Of a stretch of 64,000 nt of DNA, positions 9,564-20,155 are shown piece after piece (the stretch's first letter is position 1; every line of letters begins with the position of its first letter). The notes under the pieces were generated by a model. That model did not search any database and had not been told where the DNA came from. It saw only the letters and a list, made by a program, of their open reading frames with translations. Source of the DNA: an uncultured Verrucomicrobiales bacterium (GTDB lineage: Bacteria; Verrucomicrobiota; Verrucomicrobiia; Verrucomicrobiales; DEV007); assembly GCA_938091905.1 (NCBI GenBank), contig CALKOM010000117.1, forward strand, positions 11,844 to 75,843, in the 5' to 3' direction. The position numbers were made by a program, and so were the translations under genes.

Positions 9564-9941
9564 TCATTGCTCCGTAGTCGAATGCACGTACATCATAATC
9601 TCGATATGAGGAAATGTAAATGTCACCGCATCTGATGCCTCGTTCCAAACGACAACGCTGTGGCTTGATCTCGAGTCGAAGTATGGCCCATTGCTGGGCG
9701 CTGTGTCGATTGTCTGGATGGTGTTTCCGAAACGAACGTCTCGAATGCTGAACTCAAACCAGTGGCGCGTGTTTTCCCAGAATGATTCCGACCACCATGC
9801 CTACGCAGTCGCCTCGTATTTCTTATCTGGCGATGGTAGGGTCTCGCCACTACCCATGTGATTCACCGTCACCTGCATGTAGCGAACGCAAACCGCCCCC
9901 TAACGCCACGATAACGGCTGCAACCGCCAGACCTTCTTCAT
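9564..9941 (-). pseudogene. Degraded small exported/membrane protein gene
   Basis: Manual translation from ATG 9941: MKKVWRLQPLSWR*GAVCVRYMQ...LPSPDKKYEATA*AWWSESFW...VVWNEASDAVTFTFPHIEIMM...*; two in-frame TAG codons in an otherwise protein-like frame. Confidence 0.4.
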
Positions 9942-9969
9942 AGGAGGCAAACCATCCTACGTCACGAAT

Positions 9970-11163
9970 CTACCCCTGCGCTTTCCCCAATTTCCAAAGG
10001 CGCCCATTGCTGCGCACATAAAGCGCTTCATCCGCAACAGCCGGCGTGCACTGGATCATCTCACCAAGATCTACCGTGTGTATCACTTCGCCTTTCTCCT
10101 CGCCCAACTGGACGACCTGGAACAAGCCTTTCTCACTGAAGGCGTAGAGGTGGGAGTCATTAGCCACCGGAGAGCCTCCAATGGGGCCCTCGAGGCGCAT
10201 ACGCCAGACGCGAGCGCCCGATTCGAGGTCGCCACAGGTAAGCACGTTGGCATTTGTGATGACGAAAACCTTGGCTTCTTGGACTAACGGACTTGCTGTC
10301 CCTGGACGCATGCCAGCATTCCGCCAGAGTTGCTCAGACTTGCCGTCCTTCCTTGGCTTCACCGCAGTGAGACCATTTGAGGGAATGTAGAGATTACCTT
10401 GGGCATCGGCAGCACTTGATGGGATCGTCGAAGCCCCTTCATCATAGCGCCACACAACAGCTCCAGTCTTGGGATCAACTACATCAACGCCCTTACTCCC
10501 CTGAAGGGCAGCGAGTTCTTTGCCATCCGCCCCCTTTACCACAATTGGTGAGGTCCAATTTGCTCGCTTCGTACGGTCCTTCTTCCAAAGATTCTTACCA
10601 GCTTCGAGCTCGATTCCCGCTGCAAACGATTCACTGTCATTCTCTACATGGGCAATGAAGACGCCATCAGCGATGATCGGACTGGAGGCAAGCCCCAAGC
10701 TGTTGCTGGCATTAGGATAGTCATTGGTAAGGCCGCGTAGCCACAGCACGTTCCCTTCGAGATCGAGGCAGAAGAGATCATTCGAAGAAAACAGGGCTAA
10801 GATTCGCTTCCCGTCGCTGACCGGAGTGGGAGCCGCCACAGCCGTCTTATCGTGACACATCGTGCGCCCTGTAGAGAAGAACTGACGTTCCCATACTTTC
10901 GCACCATCACTTGCCTTAAAACAGAATACATGGAGCCGCTCCTGGCTTGCGCCGCTAGAAGAGGTCAAGTACACGTGCTCACCAACAATGATCGGACTGG
11001 AGAGCCCCTTTCCAGGTAAATCGAGAGACCAGGCAACCTCGGGCTTCTCAGGAATGGATGACTTGGTATAGCCGCTACCACTGGGACCGCGAAATTGTCT
11101 CCAGTCTTCAGCAGCGCTAAAGGTGAGGGAGCAAAGGAAAAGGGTAAGAGTAAGTTTCATCAT
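9970..11163 (-). CDS. PQQ-binding-like beta-propeller (BamB-like) exported protein
   Basis: Start trimmed to MMKLTLTLFLC; DWRQFRGP, GLSSPII, AAPTPVSDG, NWTSPI motifs. Confidence 0.85.
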   Translation of the reverse strand: MMKLTLTLFLCSLTFSAAEDWRQFRGPSGSGYTKSSIPEKPEVAWSLDLPGKGLSSPIIVGEHVYLTSSSGASQERLHVFCFKASDGAKVWERQFFSTGRTMCHDKTAVAAPTPVSDGKRILALFSSNDLFCLDLEGNVLWLRGLTNDYPNASNSLGLASSPIIADGVFIAHVENDSESFAAGIELEAGKNLWKKDRTKRANWTSPIVVKGADGKELAALQGSKGVDVVDPKTGAVVWRYDEGASTIPSSAADAQGNLYIPSNGLTAVKPRKDGKSEQLWRNAGMRPGTASPLVQEAKVFVITNANVLTCGDLESGARVWRMRLEGPIGGSPVANDSHLYAFSEKGLFQVVQLGEEKGEVIHTVDLGEMIQCTPAVADEALYVRSNGRLWKLGKAQG

Positions 11164-11194
11164 CAGTAAGGTCTGGTATCGTGGACACTCCAAG

Positions 11195-12370
11195 TTAGCT
11201 TTCATTCCTGGCTCTAGCCTGTCTGCTAGTAGGCGTCGGCAAGCGATTCGTAGCGAGAAGTGCTGTTCCTGTCGCATCGCAGACCCGAAGCTGGAACTGC
11301 CACTGCACGGTCCAGTCTTCCTCCTGCTCATTCTGACAGAGTTTCACAAGGAGGGTGTTCTTTCCCTTCTGCAGGTTCACAGGAAGCTGGTATTGATCAA
11401 TGCGGATACCACGATGATACTCGTCTCGTGCGAAAACGAGCTCGCCGTTCAACCAGATCTTCCACGCGTTCTTGCAGCCAAGTCGAAGCTGCGCTGGCTG
11501 ATCACTGGGCGATTCATATTCCGTAAACGCGTAGGCCGTCACTTCTTTGAGTGGCCCATACGCTTTGTTCACATCAACCATGCCGTAGTTGTCCGACGTG
11601 GCTAATCTTGACCAGCTTACTTTGCCGGCTTTGCCATCATACTCACCAGTCAAGTCCACCCCTTCTTCTGGAGGAAAGACCGTATCAAATCCCTTGCGCT
11701 CCGTGTTGTCAAAAGGACCAACGACAGACCAATGCATAAGGAATCCGAAGTGCTTCGGAAGGTCCACTTTCTGACCGAGTTCCTGCAAGGCCTTCGAAGC
11801 GGATTCCACTTGGTCAATGTCCCGTGCCGCCCCCAGAGCTTGACGATAGACAATGGAAGCGGCGGGCTTCTTCTCCGCCTCCACCATAGCCTCGGCCTCA
11901 TCTAGCAAACCCGCCACAGCGTCTCGACGCAGCGCATTGCTAGGGTCATTGATCATTCCAGGAACCAACTTCTGTGCGGTCTCTGGATCGACGCGTTGAA
12001 TGAGCTCGAACGCCAAACGCCGCGCCCGAGCTTCCTGACGTGTATCCATTAGAAAGGCACCCAACTGCTCTAAAGGAAGCGCGTTGCCATTCGTAAGCTC
12101 TCGATCAACAATCGCCTGTGCCGCCGAAATGAGCCAATTAGAGGCAAGACCATTGGAACCATTCATCGCTTCGAGCACAGGCACGACTGAAGTTGCGTCT
12201 CCTTGGATAATCTGTTTCCAGGCCGCCGCTGCAGCCTCGTTGCCTTCGCCCTCATTCTGCACTGCCTTGATGACTTCAATCGCTTCGGAATAGGGAGCTT
12301 CTTTTGCAAAGAGGGAGTTTGTAAGCACCGACGAGAGCGTCAGAATAGAAATCGTTTTAAAAATAGTCAT
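11195..12370 (-). CDS. Conserved exported hypothetical protein (helical N-terminal part plus beta-sandwich C-terminal domain)
   Basis: Start trimmed to MTIFKTISILTL (signal peptide); WSVVGPFDN and KIWLNG...LQKGKNTLLVK motifs. Confidence 0.75.
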   Translation of the reverse strand: MTIFKTISILTLSSVLTNSLFAKEAPYSEAIEVIKAVQNEGEGNEAAAAAWKQIIQGDATSVVPVLEAMNGSNGLASNWLISAAQAIVDRELTNGNALPLEQLGAFLMDTRQEARARRLAFELIQRVDPETAQKLVPGMINDPSNALRRDAVAGLLDEAEAMVEAEKKPAASIVYRQALGAARDIDQVESASKALQELGQKVDLPKHFGFLMHWSVVGPFDNTERKGFDTVFPPEEGVDLTGEYDGKAGKVSWSRLATSDNYGMVDVNKAYGPLKEVTAYAFTEYESPSDQPAQLRLGCKNAWKIWLNGELVFARDEYHRGIRIDQYQLPVNLQKGKNTLLVKLCQNEQEEDWTVQWQFQLRVCDATGTALLATNRLPTPTSRQARARNES

Positions 12371-12430
12371 GGCAGTCGAATCTAGAGTTTGGCATTGCTC
12401 GAATGCCTTTATCTTGAGTAGGGCTTGATC

Positions 12431-13579
12431 ATGAAGCAAGTATCGAGTTGGGCACTAGTTCTGCTGTTTGGGCTCCATCAAGCCTACGCCGAACGCCCCA
12501 CGAAGACTCCGGGTTATACGATTCCGATCGTCGATCTGGCAAATGAGACGCACCGTCAGGTCCTTGTCGATCGTGAGGCCGGCCAGTATCTGGGCCATCC
12601 CACGACGGTGCTGTTAGAGGACAATAAGACGATGATCACTGTGTATCCGAAGGGCCACGGCAAAGGCGGCATCGTCATGAAGCGCAGCGTGGATGCCGGC
12701 CTGACCTGGAGCGGGCGACTGCCTGTGCCTGAGAATTGGGCAACCTCCAAGGAGGTGCCTACTATTCACCGCGTGGTCGATGCCAATGGCAAGAAACGCC
12801 TCATCATGTGGTCGGGCCTTTACCCGGCACGCCTTTCCGTTTCTGAAAATGACGGCCGCACGTGGTCACCACTGAAGCCCGCCGGTGACTGGGGTGGCAT
12901 CGTCGTCATGGGGGCCGTCGTTTCTCAGGAGACACCGGGACATTACATAGCACTCTTTCATGATGACGGACGTTTCTTCACTCAGGTCGCCAAGCGCGAG
13001 ACCCCTACGAGATTCACCCTCTATCAAACCAACTCCACTGACGGCGGGCTCACCTGGTCGACTCCTAGGACTCTTTGGACCGGCACCGATGTGCACCTAT
13101 GTGAGCCTGGCGTGATTCGTTCTCCGGATGGGAAACAGCTCGCCATGTTGTTACGTGAGAATAGCCGTCGCAAAAATTCCCACGTGATGCTCTCGGAAAA
13201 TGAAGGCGAGACGTGGTCTGCACCGCGCGAAACCCCAGCCGCACTCACGGGTGACCGTCATACCGGGCAATACGCTCCCGATGGACGCCTGTTCATCTCT
13301 TTCCGCGACACCACTCTGCAAAGCCCCACCAAGGGCGATTGGGTCGCATGGGTTGGCAAATACGAAGACATCGTCAGAGGTGAAGAGGGACAGTACCGCG
13401 TGCGTCTCATGGACAACCACAAGGGTCAAGACTGTGCCTATCCGGGCGTGGAAGTGCTTCCCGACGGGACCCTGGTCACGACAACTTATGGCCACTGGAC
13501 GAAGGGCGAAATGCCCTATGTCATGAGTGTGCGACTCAAGTTGGAAGAATTAGATGCTAGAGCAAAGAAGCTACCATAG
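12431..13579 (+). CDS. Sialidase-like BNR/Asp-box repeat glycoside hydrolase
   Basis: Four Asp-boxes (RSVDAGLTW, VSENDGRTW, STDGGLTW, LSENEGETW), CEP and AYP motifs, signal peptide. Confidence 0.85.
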   Translation: MKQVSSWALVLLFGLHQAYAERPTKTPGYTIPIVDLANETHRQVLVDREAGQYLGHPTTVLLEDNKTMITVYPKGHGKGGIVMKRSVDAGLTWSGRLPVPENWATSKEVPTIHRVVDANGKKRLIMWSGLYPARLSVSENDGRTWSPLKPAGDWGGIVVMGAVVSQETPGHYIALFHDDGRFFTQVAKRETPTRFTLYQTNSTDGGLTWSTPRTLWTGTDVHLCEPGVIRSPDGKQLAMLLRENSRRKNSHVMLSENEGETWSAPRETPAALTGDRHTGQYAPDGRLFISFRDTTLQSPTKGDWVAWVGKYEDIVRGEEGQYRVRLMDNHKGQDCAYPGVEVLPDGTLVTTTYGHWTKGEMPYVMSVRLKLEELDARAKKLP

Positions 13580-13636
13580 GATTGCCTGAGCATTCTGCTC
13601 GGGTTCCGGCCAGGATGCCGAAACAACATTCGAAAC

Positions 13637-16588
13637 GTGACTAGCAGAACTCAGAGCCGCCCCTTCTGGACATCGCTGATCCCACCCATGCGGCGCAGCA
13701 TCACCTGGCGAAGCGTCATGCCGTTGTGCTCATTCCTCGTGGTCTTCCTGACCACCGTAATCGTTCTCGAGTCTCAGCAAACCGTGCGCTTCTCGCACCG
13801 GTGGGTCTTCTTTCTCGTGGGTCTCGCTCCATGGGTGTGGTGGCTTCATCACCAGGGTTATCACGGCTTGGGCCGAGTGCGCGGTTTGCTCGCACTCGCC
13901 TTGAGATTGATCTTGTTAGGACTCTTTCTCATGACGCTGGCTGGGCCTCGCGCCGTGAGAGAGAACGACGATCTTGCCCTGATCTATGCGCTCGACCTTT
14001 CCGACTCGATGAGTCGCCCGGTGCAAGACGAGGCGATCCGTTACATCCTGGAAACCGCCGGAAGCAAATCAGAGGAAGACTCTGTAGGTCTGGTGCTCTT
14101 CGGAAGCGATGCCGCCGTGGAGCTTCCACCACGACAATCGTTCCCCTTTGAGGCGGTGAATTCGCAGCTCGCCAAGGACGGGACCAATTTGGAGAAAGGT
14201 CTCGGCTTGGCTGCCGCTGTCATTCCCGAGGAAAACCCGGGTAGAATCGTGCTGATCAGCGATGGCACGTCAACCGAGGGCGATGTGACCACAACGTTAG
14301 AACAGGTTCATGCACGCGGCATCGCCGTGGATGTCTTGCCGGTAGAAATGAGTCTCGACAAGGAAGCCTGGCTAGAACGAATCGATTTACCCACAACCGT
14401 GAAAGTCGGCGAGAGCTACGAGGCCAACGTTCTCCTCACAGCCCTCCACCAAGGAAGTGGAACGCTAATCGTGCAAGAGAACGGCAACGAGATCTTTCGC
14501 CAAGAAGTCGATTTCCAGACGGGCAAGAATCGCTTCACACTTCCAATCTACTTGCGCGAGGCCAACTACTACGAATACACGGCTCGCCTCATCATGCCCG
14601 AAGGCGAAGACGGCTGGGAAGGCAACAACGTGGCTGTGAATGACCTTTTCCTTCGCGGCGAAGGCAAGACCCTCATTGTGACCAATCCGGACGGCGATCC
14701 TCGCGATTGGGAGCCCATGGTGCAGGCGCTGCGCGAATCCAATCGCATCATTGAAATCAAAGATGCTTACGCCTTTCCCCGCACAGCCATTTCTCTCATG
14801 CCTTATGATAGCGTGGTCTTTGTCAACGTGCCCTCAGACGCGTTTGATGCCATTCAGTTAGAAGCCGTGAAACGCGCTGTCTACAGTCAAGGTATGGGGT
14901 TTCTCATGGTCGGTGGCGAGAACAGCTTTGGGCCAGGCGGCTACCATCGCACCCCTATTGAGGAGACGTTGCCGGTGTCCATGGACATCAAGCAGAAGAA
15001 GATCCTGCCGAAAGGCGCCTTGGTCATCATCCTCCATACCTGCGAATTCGAAGGCGGCAATACCTGGGGCAAGCGCATCGCCAAGCAGGCCGTCCGAGTG
15101 TTAGGTTCCGAAGACGAAGTTGGTATCGTCGACTACGAAGGCGGCAAGGAACAGTGGATCTTCCCCCTAACCAAAGTCGATAATTACGAGAGGCTGGCCA
15201 TGAAGATCAACCAGGCTCAGCCAGGTGACATGCCAACCTTTGCACCCACGATGCAACTTGCGTTCGACGCGCTCAAAGTCAATGACGCCGCCATGAAGCA
15301 CATGATCATCATCTCCGATGGCGATCCCGTGCCCCCGACGCCTCCGCTCGTCCAAGCATATGTCGATGGTAAGATCTCAGTCAGTACGATCGGCATTAAC
15401 CCACACAGACCAAGCGACACGGCCATTCTTGAGTCTATCTCAGAAGAAACGGGCGGAAGGTATTACGAGCCAAACGATCCCGAGCAGCTCCCTTCCATCT
15501 TCATTAAGGAAGCGAAGACACTGAAACGCAGCATGATTCAGAACGAGCCGTTCACCCCAAGAATCGAATTCCCCTCCCCTGTGTTGAAAGGCATCGATGC
15601 CGCTCCCGAGTTGTTAGGCTACGTTCTAACCAGCGCCAAGCCGCGCTCGCATACCATTCTACGTGGGCCTGAGGATGAAGAAATCAATCCAGTTCTCTCC
15701 ACCTGGCGCTTTGGCACCGGCTCCGCTGCGGCGTTCACCTCCGACCTCTCATCGAACTGGGGTGCGAGTTGGATGCGTTGGGACAAATATCGTGCTTTTG
15801 TCAGCCAACTCCTAACCGAGATCTCACGTGGCGAAGAAGAGAGCGATCTCCACCTCCAGGTATCGGCATCTGGAAATCAAGGGATCATTTCGGTGGAAGA
15901 TCACCATGACGAGCCTGGCTTCATGGAAGTGCAAGCACGCGTCATAGGTCCCGATGATCGCGAGGAAGTCGTCACCCTCAGCCAGGTGGCACCGCGACGG
16001 TATCACGCCACCTTCCCGCTCTGGGGCACTGGACGCTACCAGGTGCTCGCGGCTGGAGCGGGAGCCGGGCGATCAGACAAGGCCATCTCCAGTTTGCCGG
16101 TCGCCTATTCTCCAGAGTATCTACAGCTGCAGTCCAATACGAAAGCCTTGAAAGATATCGCTGAGCGAACCGGTGGGCGCGTGCTAACTGGTCAAGAAAC
16201 AGTCCTATTCGATTTCGAACGGGTGACCAAAGAGTCTTCTCGCGCCGTAATCGACAGGTTTCTCATCCTGCTCGCGTGCCTCGTGCCGCTTGATGTCGGG
16301 CTGCGTCGTGTTCAGTTAGACTTCAGTGTGATTAAAGGTTGGTTTAGCCGCAAGAAAGCAAAGGAATCCTCGGGTAAAACGATGAGCGCTCTCCTCAAGC
16401 GCAAGCAGGCAGCCGTGCCCGAAACACGCCGCGAGCTAGCTCGCAAAGCGATCGTAAAGCCCGCAAACAAGGAAGCCAAACCAGCTCCTACAACTGAGCC
16501 CGCTCCCAATGACGAGAGCAACCTATCGACAACGGAACGGTTGTTAGCACGAAAGCGCCAGCGCGAAGAGGAACGCAGTGACGATTGA
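13637..16588 (+). CDS. Membrane protein with two vWA domains and a glutamine-amidotransferase-like domain
   Basis: N-terminal TM helices, MIDAS DLSDSM, ISDG motifs, GFLMVGGENSFGPGGY (GATase-like), C-terminal TM helix. Confidence 0.8.
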   Translation: MTSRTQSRPFWTSLIPPMRRSITWRSVMPLCSFLVVFLTTVIVLESQQTVRFSHRWVFFLVGLAPWVWWLHHQGYHGLGRVRGLLALALRLILLGLFLMTLAGPRAVRENDDLALIYALDLSDSMSRPVQDEAIRYILETAGSKSEEDSVGLVLFGSDAAVELPPRQSFPFEAVNSQLAKDGTNLEKGLGLAAAVIPEENPGRIVLISDGTSTEGDVTTTLEQVHARGIAVDVLPVEMSLDKEAWLERIDLPTTVKVGESYEANVLLTALHQGSGTLIVQENGNEIFRQEVDFQTGKNRFTLPIYLREANYYEYTARLIMPEGEDGWEGNNVAVNDLFLRGEGKTLIVTNPDGDPRDWEPMVQALRESNRIIEIKDAYAFPRTAISLMPYDSVVFVNVPSDAFDAIQLEAVKRAVYSQGMGFLMVGGENSFGPGGYHRTPIEETLPVSMDIKQKKILPKGALVIILHTCEFEGGNTWGKRIAKQAVRVLGSEDEVGIVDYEGGKEQWIFPLTKVDNYERLAMKINQAQPGDMPTFAPTMQLAFDALKVNDAAMKHMIIISDGDPVPPTPPLVQAYVDGKISVSTIGINPHRPSDTAILESISEETGGRYYEPNDPEQLPSIFIKEAKTLKRSMIQNEPFTPRIEFPSPVLKGIDAAPELLGYVLTSAKPRSHTILRGPEDEEINPVLSTWRFGTGSAAAFTSDLSSNWGASWMRWDKYRAFVSQLLTEISRGEEESDLHLQVSASGNQGIISVEDHHDEPGFMEVQARVIGPDDREEVVTLSQVAPRRYHATFPLWGTGRYQVLAAGAGAGRSDKAISSLPVAYSPEYLQLQSNTKALKDIAERTGGRVLTGQETVLFDFERVTKESSRAVIDRFLILLACLVPLDVGLRRVQLDFSVIKGWFSRKKAKESSGKTMSALLKRKQAAVPETRRELARKAIVKPANKEAKPAPTTEPAPNDESNLSTTERLLARKRQREEERSDD

Positions 16589-16619
16589 CAGCCACGGCGA
16601 GGATCGGCATAGAAGAGAC

Positions 16620-18302
16620 ATGTCAGAGTCGCCCAATTGGAATAGTAAACAACTCACCCGTGGTTGGCAGAAAGGCCTCCGAGCCTTCTATTGGGGGCTG
16701 GGTTTCTCAGAGGAAGATTTCGACAAGCCACAAATAGGCATTGGCATTCCGTTAGTCGAAGGCAATCTTTGCAACGTCCACGCTTATGAACTTGGTTCTG
16801 CGATCAAAGAGGGCTGCTCCGAAGCCGGTCTCATCGGCTTCCCGTTCGGCGTCCCTGGAGTGAGTGATAATCTCACTCAAGGGCTTGAAGGCGGCAACGC
16901 GTCCTTGCCCTCACGGAATGTCATCGCCAATGGGGCAGAGATGGTGACGAGCGCGCATTGCTACGATGCCCTGGTCGGATTGCACCATTGCGACAAGAAT
17001 GGACCTGGCTTCGCCATTGCCCTAGCGCGTTTGAACTACCCAGGGCTCCTCGTCAGTGGTGGCAGCATCGCCCCGGGCTGCCACAAGGGGAAACCCATCA
17101 CCATTCTCGATCCTTATGATGCCCAAGCAGCCGTCTCTATGGGCAACATGGCCGAAGCGGAGGCAGACGAGATCATTCGTCACGCCTGCCCGGGGCCTGG
17201 AGGTTGTGGCATCGCGGCCTCTTTCAATACTTGGGGCATTGCCATGGAAGCCATCGGCTTGATGCTCCCTAGCAGTTCGTCAAATCCAGCCGTCGGCAAT
17301 GACAAGCGTGATGAATGCGGTCATGTCGGCAAAGCGGTGCGTCGTTTGCTCAAGAAGGGCATTCGCCCACGCGACATCCTAACAAAATCGGCTTTCACCA
17401 ACGCAGTCACGACCATCGCCGCAATCGGAGGGTCGACCAATGGCATCCTTCATCTACTCGGACTTGCCCGCGAAGCTGGTGTTGAGTTTACGCTAGCAGA
17501 CATTCAGCCTATTCTCCGGCGCACTCCCGTGCTGTGCAACTTCGCCCCGCGTGGATCACAAACTATGATCGATCTCCACCGCCTGGGTGGGACGCCGCTC
17601 TTGCTTGCTCATTTGTTAGAAGGCGGCCTGCTCGACGGGAGTTGCCTCACGGTGACTGGCAAGACGTTGGCTGAAAATCTAGCCGGGCAACCCAAGGTCG
17701 AGGAAGACCAGGTCTTAATCGCTCCTTTAGACAAACCGTTCAAAGATTATGCCGACATGCAAATCTGCTTCGGCAACCTCGCGCCCGATGGCATGGTCTT
17801 CAAAGTCTCAAGCATGGCCGAAGCCAACTTCGAAGGCACCGCCGTCTGCTTTGACAATTCCAATGACATCGTCACGGCGGTGCAAGAGAAGCGCGTCCAG
17901 CCAGGCTCTGTCGTAGTCCTGAGAAATCTCGGACCCGTCGCCAGTGGCATGCCGGAGGTACTTATCGCCACCTCCATACTCTCCGTGCCCGAACTCGATG
18001 GCCGAGTCGCTCTCATTTCCGATACCCGTGTGTCGGGAGTTTCCCATGGGGCCATCGGGGTTCATTGTGCTCCCGAAGCTGCCGTCGGCGGTCCCATCGG
18101 CTTGGTCGAGGACGGTGACACCATTTCTTTCGACCTGCTGAAAGGCGAGGTCCGAGTCCATGTCGACGAGGTAACGCTGTCGACTCGCGCCGAGAAGCAT
18201 TCGTTTGAAATGCCCAAGCATGCGCGGACTTACCTTGCAGATTTCGCCGCCACCGTCTCGCAGGCGAACGACGGCTGCGTTAGCAAGAATGCGCTGAATT
18301 GA
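16620..18302 (+). CDS. ilvD: Dihydroxy-acid dehydratase (IlvD/Edd family)
   Basis: KPQIGI, CNVH, CDKN, CPGPGGCG, GGSTN, GMPE, HCAPEAAVGGPI. Substrate (branched-chain vs sugar acid) cannot be determined here. Confidence 0.88.
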   Translation: MSESPNWNSKQLTRGWQKGLRAFYWGLGFSEEDFDKPQIGIGIPLVEGNLCNVHAYELGSAIKEGCSEAGLIGFPFGVPGVSDNLTQGLEGGNASLPSRNVIANGAEMVTSAHCYDALVGLHHCDKNGPGFAIALARLNYPGLLVSGGSIAPGCHKGKPITILDPYDAQAAVSMGNMAEAEADEIIRHACPGPGGCGIAASFNTWGIAMEAIGLMLPSSSSNPAVGNDKRDECGHVGKAVRRLLKKGIRPRDILTKSAFTNAVTTIAAIGGSTNGILHLLGLAREAGVEFTLADIQPILRRTPVLCNFAPRGSQTMIDLHRLGGTPLLLAHLLEGGLLDGSCLTVTGKTLAENLAGQPKVEEDQVLIAPLDKPFKDYADMQICFGNLAPDGMVFKVSSMAEANFEGTAVCFDNSNDIVTAVQEKRVQPGSVVVLRNLGPVASGMPEVLIATSILSVPELDGRVALISDTRVSGVSHGAIGVHCAPEAAVGGPIGLVEDGDTISFDLLKGEVRVHVDEVTLSTRAEKHSFEMPKHARTYLADFAATVSQANDGCVSKNALN

Positions 18303-18362
18303 TTGCCAAGCAGTCGCATCCCGTTGACGACTCGCCATCCTCCCGACATAGTTGTGGAACTG

Positions 18363-18857
18363 ATGAACTCTACCAAGGTTAACGTCTTTTCCAATGGCAT
18401 ATGCTATTGGTGGCGCTGGCTAGCCGTCCTTCTGAGCTTAGCGATGTTCTATGGGTTGGGCATCTTCACTTACAAAGGAGCTCCAGCGCACACGTTTCAT
18501 ATCCTACTCCTTGCCTGTGGCGGCATCGCCATCTTTCTGGCTTTCTTTCACCGGCCTCACAGTTTCCAGATTGAAGTGACGGGCGAAGAGCTGCGGATCC
18601 TCAAGGTCCCAGGCGGTTCCGTAAAATGCGCCTTCAAGAAAGACGACGTGAAATATGTCACGATTCGGAATAGCGGCCACATCTTCGGTCTTTCGGTGAT
18701 CCGGGTCATCGTTCGCACCAAGAAAGACGGCTCAAAGTTCTTCGGGCCCATTTATTACGAAGGAATCGACGGCGTGGCTGCTTCAGAGATCGCCCAGCTC
18801 CTTCCCCGCATCTCTCGCGAGGGCCTGATGACAACTAAGAATATCAAATCTTCTTGA
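18363..18857 (+). CDS. Hypothetical membrane protein (two TM helices plus a small beta domain)
   Basis: Two hydrophobic segments; ATG at 18363; fills the gap between ilvD and manC. Confidence 0.55.
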   Translation: MNSTKVNVFSNGICYWWRWLAVLLSLAMFYGLGIFTYKGAPAHTFHILLLACGGIAIFLAFFHRPHSFQIEVTGEELRILKVPGGSVKCAFKKDDVKYVTIRNSGHIFGLSVIRVIVRTKKDGSKFFGPIYYEGIDGVAASEIAQLLPRISREGLMTTKNIKSS

Positions 18858-18889
18858 TATCGTCATAATCTCCAGGAAAATGGTGGAAT

Positions 18890-19966
18890 ATGCCCAATGA
18901 CGCTCCCTTTGCTCTGATCCTCGCCGGTGGAAGTGGCACCCGTTTCTGGCCTGTCAGCAGAAACGCTCGCCCAAAGCAGCTTCTCAACCTCTTTGATGAC
19001 AACACTCTCCTCGAAAAGACCGTCGACCGTTTAGAGGGACTCGTCCCCAAGGAGAACATCCTGATCCTCACCAATGTCGACCAGGAGGCCGGCGTCCGCG
19101 CGACTCTAAAGGATCTCCCCGCAGAGAATATTGTCGCCGAGCCCGCCAAACGTGACACCGCCCCTGCGATCGCTCTTGCAGTCGGCTGGGTCGCCAAACG
19201 CAATCCGAAAGGCGTCATGATGGTCCTACCAGCGGATCACCTCATCAACGACGAAGCGAGTTTTCAAGCCGTCATGCGGAACGCCTGTGCTGCCGCAGGC
19301 ACAACCGAAGCTCTAGTAACCGTAGGACTCAAGCCATCCTGGCCCTGCCCAAGCTACGGCTACATCGAGCGTGCAGGCGAAGCCGATCTTCCCGAGGCTT
19401 CCTGCGACATGCCCGTCTATGAGGTCGAGCGCTTCCGAGAAAAACCCAATCCCGAGCAAGCCCAAGCGTTCTTGGACGAAGGCACCTTCAGTTGGAATGC
19501 AGGTATGTTTATCTGGTCTGTAGAGACCGTCATAGCCGAACTTCAGAAGCACGTTCCCGAGCTCGGTGCATTCATAGAAGAAGTCGCCCAATGTGAGGAT
19601 CTCCCTGCCCTTCTGTCTGAGAAATTCGGCACCCTGCCAAAGATCTCAATCGACTTCGCGCTTATGGAGAAGGCCCAACGAGTGCTAAATCTTGAAGCTA
19701 CATTTGATTGGGACGACGTTGGGAGCTGGATCTCGGTTGCCAAGTATCTCAAACAGGATGACAGTAAGAACTGCGCCAATTGCGACCTAACCCAAATCAG
19801 AGCAAACAATAACATCATTTACTCGAAGGAAGGCTCACGCGTCGCTCTGTTAGGAGTCGACGACCTTATCGTTGTCCAAACTGGCGATGCCATCCTCATC
19901 GCCAAGCGCGAGGAAGCAGACGACATCAAGAAACTCGTCGATGCGGTGCCGCCGGAGATGCATTAA
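18890..19966 (+). CDS. manC: Mannose-1-phosphate guanylyltransferase
   Basis: ILAGGSGTRFWPVSR..PKQLL, EPAKRDTAPA, PADH, YGYI, FREKP, WNAGMF, WDDVGSW. Confidence 0.93.
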   Translation: MPNDAPFALILAGGSGTRFWPVSRNARPKQLLNLFDDNTLLEKTVDRLEGLVPKENILILTNVDQEAGVRATLKDLPAENIVAEPAKRDTAPAIALAVGWVAKRNPKGVMMVLPADHLINDEASFQAVMRNACAAAGTTEALVTVGLKPSWPCPSYGYIERAGEADLPEASCDMPVYEVERFREKPNPEQAQAFLDEGTFSWNAGMFIWSVETVIAELQKHVPELGAFIEEVAQCEDLPALLSEKFGTLPKISIDFALMEKAQRVLNLEATFDWDDVGSWISVAKYLKQDDSKNCANCDLTQIRANNNIIYSKEGSRVALLGVDDLIVVQTGDAILIAKREEADDIKKLVDAVPPEMH

Positions 19967-20155
19967 AAGTATTCCTATCGGGATTTAAACGCCGATTGTA
20001 GCTTCGATTGGCCAGCAAAGACTCTCGGCACGTGCTTCGACTGCCAGTCGGCCCTACCCATCATCGTTTCTTCGGCGTAGAACACGAAATCCACCATCCC
20101 CTAAGCATATCTCTTGCCTAAGAATCTGAAATTGATCTAATCGTGCCACACGACC

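Noticed and set aside
18300..18365. ilvD TGA directly in frame with the next ORF (possible readthrough fusion)
   Set aside because: IlvD is complete at the stop, there is no Cys-type motif or SECIS-like hairpin, and the downstream gene has its own ATG at 18363.
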